Shown piece after piece: positions 18,220-26,167 of a stretch of 64,000 nt of DNA (the stretch's first letter is position 1; each line of letters begins with the position of its first letter). Both the position numbers and the translations under genes were made by a program. The notes beneath the pieces are model-generated. The model saw only the letters and a list, made by a program, of their open reading frames with translations, ran no database searches and was not told the origin of the DNA. The stretch is from Dehalococcoidia bacterium (GTDB lineage Bacteria; Chloroflexota; Dehalococcoidia; Lucifugimonadales; UBA3495). The DNA lies in contig CBDFLG010000001.1 of NCBI GenBank assembly GCA_965249065.1, positions 1,192,318-1,256,317 of the forward strand, read 5' to 3'.

Positions 18220-19116
18220 TCAGGACTTGAAGCCGGGCAGTGAGAGTGTGCTGGCCAGCCAGGCCCGGGCGGTGATGCGCGCCTTTTCGCCGGCGCTCAG
18301 CGCGATGCGGCGCTCTCCCAGCACGTCGTAGCCGGAGTCCTCGATGCGGTCCAGCACCCGGGAGTAGATGGCCCCCAGCACTGCCGGGCAGGCCCTGCTG
18401 CGGCGCGACAGGTAGGGCAGCAGCCGGAACCCGCTGCGAAAGTAACTTCTGGCGCGCTCGCCTTGAAACCTCAGCAGTTCGGCGAACGCCTCGTTGCGCA
18501 CTCCGCAGCCCAGATGCTCCTCGGTGTAGCCGAACCGGGCCATTTCGTCTTGCGGCAGGTACACCCGCCCCATGTTCCAGTCCTCGCGGACATCTCGCAT
18601 AATGTTGGTCAGTTGCATCGCCAAGCCCAGGTCCACCGCGAATTCCCGCGCCGCAGCGCCATCTTGGGGCGGGTACTGGAAAATCTGGAGGCAGACCAAC
18701 CCGACCACCGAGGCCACCCGGTAGCAGTATTCCCGCAGTTCGTCGAAGTCCCGGTAGCGGGTTTTGACCAGATCGCTCTCAACACCCAGTATTATCTCAC
18801 GAAAATAGTCTTGGGGAATGGCGTACCGGTCGGCGGTGTCGGCCAAGGCCAAGAACATGGGCGAGGGCGCGCGCCCCTGGTAAGCCTGCTCCAGACTGGC
18901 TTGCAGCCCCGCCAGGGCCGACAGCTTGTCTTCCGGCGAGGCCGCCTCGTCCACCGAGTCGTCGCAGTGGCGGCAAAAGGCGTAGGCCGCGGATATCGCC
19001 TTCCGCTTGTCCTGCGGAAGGGTTATGAACGCATAGTAAAAGTTCTTGGCCTCCCGCCGGGTGAGGTTCCGGCAGTCGGCGTAGGCCAGCTCAAGTTCGG
19101 TATTCGATGCCGCCAA
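18220..19116 (-). CDS. hpnD: Squalene/phytoene synthase family, presqualene diphosphate synthase HpnD-like
   Basis: NFYYAF, FCR.CDDSVD, YCYRVASVVG, QLTNIMRDVRED..GRVYLP; hopanoid context. Confidence 0.82.
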   Translation of the reverse strand: MAASNTELELAYADCRNLTRREAKNFYYAFITLPQDKRKAISAAYAFCRHCDDSVDEAASPEDKLSALAGLQASLEQAYQGRAPSPMFLALADTADRYAIPQDYFREIILGVESDLVKTRYRDFDELREYCYRVASVVGLVCLQIFQYPPQDGAAAREFAVDLGLAMQLTNIMRDVREDWNMGRVYLPQDEMARFGYTEEHLGCGVRNEAFAELLRFQGERARSYFRSGFRLLPYLSRRSRACPAVLGAIYSRVLDRIEDSGYDVLGERRIALSAGEKARITARAWLASTLSLPGFKS

Positions 19117-19201
19117 TACTCCCGCTCCATTCGAGTTTCCCGCACCCGGCGGGGGGGTTCAGGGTGAGGGGAAGTTTCCAGGGCGATAGGGGAACTCTGG
19201 T

Positions 19202-19645
19202 CTATTCGCCGACCACCTGCACCGTCACCTCCCGGTTGCGCGGGTGGTCAAGCTCGATGAAGAAAATGCTCTGGTAGGTGCCGAACTGCATCTCGCCGTT
19301 GAGAATCGGCACGGTCTCGCTGGTGCCCAGCAGGAGGTGTTGCAGGTGGGCGTGTCCGTTGGGAGATTCGTCGGGATTCATGTTGACCGTCCGAATCTCG
19401 AAGTCGTTATGCCGGTAGGGGGCGTGCCGTGGCGCGACGCCTTCCAGGAAGGCGGCCATGTCTTCCAGCAGCAGCGGCTCGTTCTCGTTGATTTTCACCG
19501 CCGCCGTAGTGTGTTTGGAGAAAATGACCGCGAACCCGTTGCTCACCTGGGAGTCGGCGACGCAGCCCGACACCCAATCGGTGATGTCTATGAACTCCGG
19601 GGCCTCCTTGGTCTTGACACTGAGACAGAACGATTTGGTTTTCAT
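19202..19645 (-). CDS. yjbQ: YjbQ/UPF0047 family protein
   Basis: HTTAAVKINE, NGHAHL, GTYQSIFFIELD motifs. Confidence 0.9.
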   Translation of the reverse strand: MKTKSFCLSVKTKEAPEFIDITDWVSGCVADSQVSNGFAVIFSKHTTAAVKINENEPLLLEDMAAFLEGVAPRHAPYRHNDFEIRTVNMNPDESPNGHAHLQHLLLGTSETVPILNGEMQFGTYQSIFFIELDHPRNREVTVQVVGE

Positions 19646-19662
19646 GATTCGCATCCTTATAA

Positions 19663-21753
19663 CTAACCGCGCGGGTGGGAGGGGGACCAACGCGGGACTG
19701 CGGACTGCGTGGAGGTTGCGCCTTTGGACCGGCGCTGGCTCTCCTGACTGGACTTGTCTATGGCCCGGGCGAAGCGTCCCAGAGCCAGCAGGGGCCAGTA
19801 GTTCCTATAAAGGTGATAATTGATCATGAATCCCGCGGGCATATCCAGGCCCTGATAGCCGGACTCACCGGGTTTGGGCATCCCCTTGGGCGGCTGGCCT
19901 ACACGGTAGCCGGGAAAGCCGGTGCCGGTGAAATACGGTTCGTCCCAACTGCCGTCGTCCCGCTGTATGTCCAGCAGATATTGGACCCCCTTATGGCAGG
20001 CTTCCGAGCCGGCTTCTCCCGCCGAGATGAGCGCCAGCAGGGCCCAGGCCGATTGCGACGCTGTGGAGGGGCCGACGCCCCGCAGCGAGTCGTCCACGTA
20101 GGAGCCGCAGCACTCGCCCCAGCCGCCGTCTTCGTTCTGGTGCGACAGCAGCCACTCCACCGCCTGACGGACATAAGGCTGGCTCATATCGTCGCCGATG
20201 GCCTCCATGGCCGGCAGCACCGCTCCGGTGCCATAGATGTAGTTGACCCCCCAGCGGCCGAACCAAGGGCCATCCCCTTCCTGTTCCTGCCGCAGGTATT
20301 GGTAGGCCCGCTGCACCGGTGGGTGGTCCGTGGAGTAGCCCAGCCGCCCGTACATCTCCAGGATGTGCGCCGTGACGTCCGCGCTGGGCGGGTCCAGCGT
20401 TTCCCCGAAGTCGAAGAAGGGAAGCCTGGCCACGTACCAGCGGTCATTGTCCTTGTCGAAAGCGGCCCAGCCCCCGCTGCGCGACTGCATCCCTTCAATC
20501 CACTCCACGCCCCGGTGGATGGCTTCACGCCGTTTCGCTTCTTCGGCGCCCTCCAGCCTTGCCAGGGACAGGGCGATGATGACCTCCGAGGAATCGTCAA
20601 TGTCGGGATACTTCTCGTTGTGGAACTCGAAGGCCCAGCCGCCGGGGGGCGTGTCCTTGGCCCTCACCTGCCAGTCGCCCTCGGCCAGTATCTGGTTGTC
20701 CATCAGCCAGCGGCTGGACTGCTGCGCCATGAGGTCGTCGCCGGGCACCCCGGATTCCAGCAGCGCCAATTGGGCCAGGCAGGTATCCCACACCGGCGAT
20801 ATGCAGGCCTGCATCGAGCAGGTGTCCTCGTCCTCAATGGCGAAGGAGTCGAACCCGTCGTACCCCTTGTTCAGCGCGTCGGAAAACTCCTCCAGCCCGG
20901 CGTGGTGCAGGGCGATGAGGGAATAGACCCACGGCGGCTGGATGCCGCCCCATGCGCCGTCGGCCTCCTGGTGCTCCAGGATCCACTGGATCGCCCGCCG
21001 CCGGGCCAGCCCACGGAGCGGCTGCATCGGTACCTTGCGGTACAGGTTCATCAGCCGGTCCAGCGTGAAGAGCACCCGGGATATCCAGTCGTCCGGTGCC
21101 GACAGCGAGAAGTCGGTCGCTTCCTTGCCGTTGGGATACAGCTCGTCTATCCGGGCCGAGTCCGGCACGGGGCAGTAGGGCCGCTCGGTAAGGATGATGC
21201 TCATTGGCACAATGGTTGCCCTGGCCCAACTGGAAAACTCGTAGATATTGAAGGGCGCCCAGCTTGGCAGCAGTATCAACTCCGGCGGCAGGTTGGGCGT
21301 TCCGCTCCATTCCCACTGCCCGAACAGGGCCAGCCAGATTTTGGTGAATACCCGGGCCCTGGGGATGCCGCCCTTGCTCAGGATGAACTCCCGCGCCCGC
21401 GTCAACGCGGGCGAGTCCGCCGGGTGTCCTGCCAGCTTGAGTGCGAAGTAGCACTCAATGCTGGTGCTTATGTCTCCGGGGGCCTCGTAATACTGCCCCC
21501 AAGAGCCGTCGTCCTGCTGCTTGGTCAGGATGTAGTTGGCAACCTTCCGCCAGCGTTCCGGGTTCTTGCGGCCCAGGAAATGGCTCAACATCAGGTATTC
21601 GGCTTCCATGGTGGGATTCGACTCCAGTTCGCCCCACCAATAGCCGTCCGGGTGCTGAGAGTCCCGGAAATACCTGTGGGAATGGCGGATTGCCTGCTTA
21701 ACTTTTTCCGCCAATTCGGCCGGTTCTATCAGTCCGTTTAGCATTGAACCCAT
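19663..21753 (-). CDS. shc: Squalene-hopene cyclase
   Basis: DIDD catalytic motif, repeated QW motifs (QHPDGYW, QQDDGSW, QEADGAW, QNEDGGW, QRDDGSW), SPVWDT, FTGTGFPG; start placed at ATG 21753 behind GAAGG. Confidence 0.96.
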   Translation of the reverse strand: MGSMLNGLIEPAELAEKVKQAIRHSHRYFRDSQHPDGYWWGELESNPTMEAEYLMLSHFLGRKNPERWRKVANYILTKQQDDGSWGQYYEAPGDISTSIECYFALKLAGHPADSPALTRAREFILSKGGIPRARVFTKIWLALFGQWEWSGTPNLPPELILLPSWAPFNIYEFSSWARATIVPMSIILTERPYCPVPDSARIDELYPNGKEATDFSLSAPDDWISRVLFTLDRLMNLYRKVPMQPLRGLARRRAIQWILEHQEADGAWGGIQPPWVYSLIALHHAGLEEFSDALNKGYDGFDSFAIEDEDTCSMQACISPVWDTCLAQLALLESGVPGDDLMAQQSSRWLMDNQILAEGDWQVRAKDTPPGGWAFEFHNEKYPDIDDSSEVIIALSLARLEGAEEAKRREAIHRGVEWIEGMQSRSGGWAAFDKDNDRWYVARLPFFDFGETLDPPSADVTAHILEMYGRLGYSTDHPPVQRAYQYLRQEQEGDGPWFGRWGVNYIYGTGAVLPAMEAIGDDMSQPYVRQAVEWLLSHQNEDGGWGECCGSYVDDSLRGVGPSTASQSAWALLALISAGEAGSEACHKGVQYLLDIQRDDGSWDEPYFTGTGFPGYRVGQPPKGMPKPGESGYQGLDMPAGFMINYHLYRNYWPLLALGRFARAIDKSSQESQRRSKGATSTQSAVPRWSPSHPRG

Positions 21754-21764
21754 AGATTCTGCCT

Positions 21765-22778
21765 TCAAGACTTTGCGCCGTCCCTCTTGGAATCCAGGTA
21801 ACCGTGGCTGGCGAACCATTCCGCCGCCTGTTCCAGCGCCCGCTCCACCGGGCTTTGGGGTAGTCCCAGCTCGCGCACCGCCCGCTGGCTGCTCACCCAA
21901 GCGGGTTTCCGGGAGGCCAGCACGCCCTCAACGGGAATGGCGGGGTGTCTCCGCAGCAACCCGCCGGAAACGGCCTGCTCCACGTAGCCCGCGCCAACCA
22001 CCAGCCAGTAGGGCAGCCGCACTTTTGGCGCAGGATGCCCCGTTATCCGGCTGAGCATTGCGAACATCTCTTTTAATGTCACGTTCCGGTTGCCCAGAAT
22101 GTATCTTTGTCCGGTCCGGCCCCGCTCCAAGGCCAGGATGTGCCCGGCGCTCACGTCGGCCACGTCCACCAGGTTCAGCCCGGTGGCGAGGTAGGCCGGG
22201 ATGCGCCCGCGCATAAAATCCAGCACGATTTTTCCGGTGGGCGTCGGTTTCACGTCCCACGGCCCTACCGGAGCCGTGGGGTTCACCACCACTACCGGTG
22301 CTCCCTCTTCGGCCAGCCGCAAGGCTTCCCGTTCCGCCTCGAACTTCGACTGCTTGTAATGGCCGTGGAGGGCGCCGGGAGACAATGCGGTAGTCTCGTC
22401 GCCCAGCCCACCGCCGTGGGGCATCCCGATGGTCGAGACGGTGCTGGTGTAAACGATGCGCTCCACTCCTGCGGCGGTGGCGCATTCCAGTACATTGACC
22501 GTGCCTTCTACGTTGGCCCGCCGCACTCCCTGCGGGTCTTTCGACCAGAAGGTGTAAGCGGCGGCGCAGTGGAAGACGGCCGCACAGCCTGCCGCCGCCC
22601 GCTGCACTGACGCCCGGTCCAGGATGTCGCCCTCGACCCGCTCGATGCTGGTGCCTTCGATTGTTAACCTGTTGCTGCCGGGGCGAACCAGCGCCCGCAC
22701 CTGATAGCCCCTGGCGCAAAGCTCCCGGGCCAAGTTGCCGCCGATAAACCCCGTGGCCCCGGTTACCAGAACTTTCAT
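21765..22778 (-). CDS. hpnA: Hopanoid-associated sugar epimerase HpnA
   Basis: MKVLVTGATGFIG, YKQSK, GPWDVKPTPTG. Confidence 0.88.
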   Translation of the reverse strand: MKVLVTGATGFIGGNLARELCARGYQVRALVRPGSNRLTIEGTSIERVEGDILDRASVQRAAAGCAAVFHCAAAYTFWSKDPQGVRRANVEGTVNVLECATAAGVERIVYTSTVSTIGMPHGGGLGDETTALSPGALHGHYKQSKFEAEREALRLAEEGAPVVVVNPTAPVGPWDVKPTPTGKIVLDFMRGRIPAYLATGLNLVDVADVSAGHILALERGRTGQRYILGNRNVTLKEMFAMLSRITGHPAPKVRLPYWLVVGAGYVEQAVSGGLLRRHPAIPVEGVLASRKPAWVSSQRAVRELGLPQSPVERALEQAAEWFASHGYLDSKRDGAKS

Positions 22779-22816
22779 CACGCTCACCCCGCCGCAGCTT
22801 GGTTCCGGGTATGTGC

Positions 22817-23572
22817 CTAGTAGATGGCCTCTGCGGCCGCTTTTTCTCTGACGCTCCTCTGCCTGTCGGCTTCCAGTTGCAGATATGACAGTCCGAACCG
22901 GGTCAGAACTGCCTGGCACAGTTCCATCTGGGACTTGAGCCGCCGCAGCGTTGGAATCCGCCACGGCCTCATCAGCACCTCGGTAAGTATGGCGTTGCGG
23001 CTCCGCGACAGCCCCGGCAGGTAGCCGGGCAAGCGTTGCTCCGCCGTGTCCAGAATCACCCGGACAGACAGGAAGGGCGTCCCCACATCTCTGGCCGCCG
23101 CAGCTACGGCGTGGTCTTCCATATTGACGCTGGCCACGCCGTACTTTTCCCTGAGCTGTTGCCGCTCCCAGCCCTCGGCGATCAGGTGGTTTACCGTCAG
23201 CGAATTGCCGCGATTCACCGGCATCCGGGCGGTTGCGGCAGCGGCCCCCGCCACTTCCAGCATCGCCGGGTCGGGGGCGATGTTCCGGGCCGCTTCGTCG
23301 CCCGAATCCAGGACATAGCTGTCGGCCAGAATCATCTCGCCGGTCTCCATGCCAGGTTCCACTGCTCCGGCGACGCCCAGCATCAGCACGCCCTGGGGGC
23401 GCCGTTTCCCGTTGGAAAGAGCGGCGGCCATAGACGCGCCAGCCCGCTTCGGCCCAATGCCCACTAGGTGGAACTCCACGGGAACGTTCGCCCCCCGCGA
23501 CGGTTTGAGAGCCTTGAGCTCCCGGCGGAGGCCGGCCAGTTCCTCTTCCATGCTGGCTACGACGTAGAGCAA
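22817..23572 (-). CDS. hpnG: Nucleoside phosphorylase-like protein HpnG
   Basis: VVASMEEE, GIGP, GVAGA, VNME, SVRVILD of the PNP/MTAN fold; directly after hpnH. Confidence 0.75.
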   Translation of the reverse strand: MLYVVASMEEELAGLRRELKALKPSRGANVPVEFHLVGIGPKRAGASMAAALSNGKRRPQGVLMLGVAGAVEPGMETGEMILADSYVLDSGDEAARNIAPDPAMLEVAGAAAATARMPVNRGNSLTVNHLIAEGWERQQLREKYGVASVNMEDHAVAAAARDVGTPFLSVRVILDTAEQRLPGYLPGLSRSRNAILTEVLMRPWRIPTLRRLKSQMELCQAVLTRFGLSYLQLEADRQRSVREKAAAEAIY

Positions 23573-23627
23573 TTTTTCCTCACCAGACCCTTTCCAGCCG
23601 GGTCCAGCCGGAGAATAGACTTGATTA

Positions 23628-24680
23628 TTATGCGGCGGTTATGCCGCCCTTGTGGGCGGCCCCAGACTTAATCAGCGTGGCCCAGTCTCGCGGCGACTGC
23701 ACCGCGGTAAAAATGGTTGCAGACTCGAATCCGCAGTGCATCATGCAGTTGGCGCAGCGGGGGTCTTTGCCCACGCCGTAATTTTCCCACAAATCTTTGT
23801 CGAACAGCTCGGCGACGTGCTCCACGTGTTCGTCGGCCAACGGGTAGCAGGGCTTCCGCCAACCCATGACCGTGTAGGTGGGGTTGGACCAGGCAGTGCA
23901 CTGATACTCGCGGTCTCCCTTGAGGAAGTTCAGGTAGAGCGGGTTGTTGTAGAACTTCGCCCCTGCCGAATTTTCCGGGTCGAGGAGCTTCTGGAACAAC
24001 GAGTGGGACTCCTGCCGCGTGAGGAAGATGTCCTGGTCCGGCGCGTCAACGAAGTCGTAGCCCGGCGAGATCATCGAGCCTTCCACCCCGATATCGCCGA
24101 CTAGCCGGAACATCTCCGACAGGTCTTCCACGTCGCTGCCCCGGAAGACCGTGGTATTGGTGCATACCCGGTAGCCGCGCTCCAGCGCCTGCTCCAACAC
24201 GGCAACCGCCTTCTTGAAGACGCCGGCGCGGGCCACTGACTCGTCGTGCTTCTCCTCCATGCCGTCTAGGTGGACCACCCAGCAGAGGTACTTGGAGGGC
24301 GGCACCTTGTCCATCACCCGCTCCAGCAGCAGGCCGTTGGTGCAGCAATAGACGAAATACTTTTCTTCCACCAGCTTGTTGATGATTTCGTGGATGCGCG
24401 GGTGGATGGTCGGCTCGCCCCCGGCGATGGACACAATGGGCGCCCCCGATTCCTTGACGGCGTTGATGGCGACGTCCACGGACATCATCTTGTCCAGCAC
24501 CGGCTTGTATTCGCGGATGCGGCCGCAGCCGATACAGGCCAGGTTGCACATCTCCAGCGGTTCCAGCATGGTGACCAGTGGGAACTTGCTCCGTCCCCGC
24601 GCCTTGTTCTTTAGCATATAGGCGGCAAGGCGGACGGAAAGTTCCAGGGGCCGTTTGGCGCGCTTTGTGGTGGTGGTCAT
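23628..24680 (-). CDS. hpnH: Radical SAM adenosyl-hopene transferase HpnH
   Basis: LEPL.MCNLACIGCG, SIAGGEP, VHLDG, CTAWSNPT, DPRCANCMMHCGFE. Confidence 0.93.
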   Translation of the reverse strand: MTTTTKRAKRPLELSVRLAAYMLKNKARGRSKFPLVTMLEPLEMCNLACIGCGRIREYKPVLDKMMSVDVAINAVKESGAPIVSIAGGEPTIHPRIHEIINKLVEEKYFVYCCTNGLLLERVMDKVPPSKYLCWVVHLDGMEEKHDESVARAGVFKKAVAVLEQALERGYRVCTNTTVFRGSDVEDLSEMFRLVGDIGVEGSMISPGYDFVDAPDQDIFLTRQESHSLFQKLLDPENSAGAKFYNNPLYLNFLKGDREYQCTAWSNPTYTVMGWRKPCYPLADEHVEHVAELFDKDLWENYGVGKDPRCANCMMHCGFESATIFTAVQSPRDWATLIKSGAAHKGGITAA

Positions 24681-24841
24681 CGGGTTATTCCTCATACTCT
24701 GGCAGGCTACCGGCATGGTCTGCGATGATAGTCATAGTCATCGGCATCGGGATTGCGGCGGCTCCGCGGTTCTTCGATTTGCAGTGTGTGCCGTCCGGTT
24801 TTTCGTCAGGGGTTTCATTCATCCGCCGCCGGTCGTCCCGT

Positions 24842-25924
24842 TCAGTACTCACGGCGGGCCAGAAAATCGACCAGCTCCTCGGCTTCGGTCCGGGCCCAAG
24901 CGGGCAGCGAAATGGGGGCCAGCGCTTCCAGGGCGCGGTTGGCTGCCGTTTCGGTCAGCGTTTGGGAGTGTTCCCGCGCACCCACCTCGTCCAGCACGGC
25001 CAGGACCCGTTGAACGTCGTCTTCCTCCAGTTCCGGCTGGGCGTAGATGCGTTGCAGTTCATTCAGCGCCGCTCCGCCCGCCTGTTCCAAGGCGAACACC
25101 ACGGGGTAGGACTTCTTGCGGCGGCGGATGTCGTTGCCTGTCGCCTTGCCCAAGGTGGCCTCATCGCCCCAGATGCCCAGATAGTCGTCTCGAATTTGGA
25201 AGGCCTGCCCCAGCCCCTCGCCGAAGCGGGCAAAGGCCCGCACCTCAGTCTCGCCGCCGTCGGCCAGCAGCGCCCCGGCCTCCAGCCCGCAGCGGATGAG
25301 CGCGCCGGTCTTGCAGGCAATCATGTGCAGATATTCGCCGGTGGTGATGTCGGTGCGCCCCTCGAACTCCAGGTCCAGGCACTGCCCCTCAATCGTTTCC
25401 AGGTAGCTGCCAGTGAGAATCGCCGAAACCTTGAGCGACACTTCCGGCGAAACGCCCTCCTGCGCCACCCTCAGCATCGCCAGATCGCCGGTGGACTGCA
25501 TCGCACTGCCCGCCACCAGCGCCCGGGGGATGCCCCACAGGCTCCAGGCGGTGGGCTGATGCCGCCGCTCCAGGTCTTGGTCCTGTATGTCGTCGTGCAG
25601 CAGCGAAAAGTTGTGAATCAGCTCCAGCGCGGCGGCGGCGGGTATGGCGCGGGCATATCCCGAGGCCACGGCTTCGCAGGCGAAAAGGCAGAGGGTGGGA
25701 CGCAGGGCTTTGCCTTGTGAGGAGGCCGACGCGGCTGGCGCGCCATGCTGGTCAACCCAACCGAGATGATAGCACAGCAGAAGCTGAACGTCCGCGCCGC
25801 TGGTCTCGGGCACGGCGCGGCCAATCTCTTCTTCGATCCAGCCCTTGTAGCGGGAAAACATTCCCGGGAGCCGCGGGCCGGAGCGGGCAGCCGCTGGAGA
25901 GCCAAGAATAGAGTCCGATGCCAT
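24842..25924 (-). CDS. Polyprenyl (FPP/GGPP) synthetase
   Basis: GKALRP, LLHDDIQD..RR, GQCLD, KTG, FQIRDDYLG. Confidence 0.92.
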   Translation of the reverse strand: MASDSILGSPAAARSGPRLPGMFSRYKGWIEEEIGRAVPETSGADVQLLLCYHLGWVDQHGAPAASASSQGKALRPTLCLFACEAVASGYARAIPAAAALELIHNFSLLHDDIQDQDLERRHQPTAWSLWGIPRALVAGSAMQSTGDLAMLRVAQEGVSPEVSLKVSAILTGSYLETIEGQCLDLEFEGRTDITTGEYLHMIACKTGALIRCGLEAGALLADGGETEVRAFARFGEGLGQAFQIRDDYLGIWGDEATLGKATGNDIRRRKKSYPVVFALEQAGGAALNELQRIYAQPELEEDDVQRVLAVLDEVGAREHSQTLTETAANRALEALAPISLPAWARTEAEELVDFLARREY

Positions 25925-26043
25925 CGCCTGCGTCTACTCCGCCTTTCCTTAATTATCGATGACGGCGGGTTAATGCCGCGAACCTAGGGTGGCGGCCCGC
26001 CCGTGTATGGCGGGCAACATCGGCTACCGATGTATGGCAACGG

Positions 26044-26072
26044 ATGCTAACAAAGCCCCATAACGGTGTCAA
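26044..26072 (-). promoter_or_regulatory. Sigma70-type promoter of the hopanoid cluster
   Basis: Minus strand TTGACA-17bp-TAGCAT with extended -10 TG; about 120 bp upstream of ATG 25924. Confidence 0.75.
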
Positions 26073-26116
26073 GTGAATTTTTTCGCAATCCCAGGAAATT
26101 TGCGTTTCACATGGCA

Positions 26117-26154
26117 GTGGTACCGGCCCCAAATGTTGTGGTACCGGCCCCAAA
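26117..26154. repeat. 17-bp direct repeat GTGGTACCGGCCCCAAA x2, 21-bp period
   Basis: Exact copies at 26117-26133 and 26138-26154. Confidence 0.9.
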
Positions 26155-26167
26155 AGTAAGAAAGGGG

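Noticed and set aside
24685..24822. 45-codon minus-strand ORF (MNETPDEKPDG...) between polyprenyl synthase and hpnH
   Set aside because: It fills the gap but has a weak RBS and no recognisable motif, so it cannot be supported.
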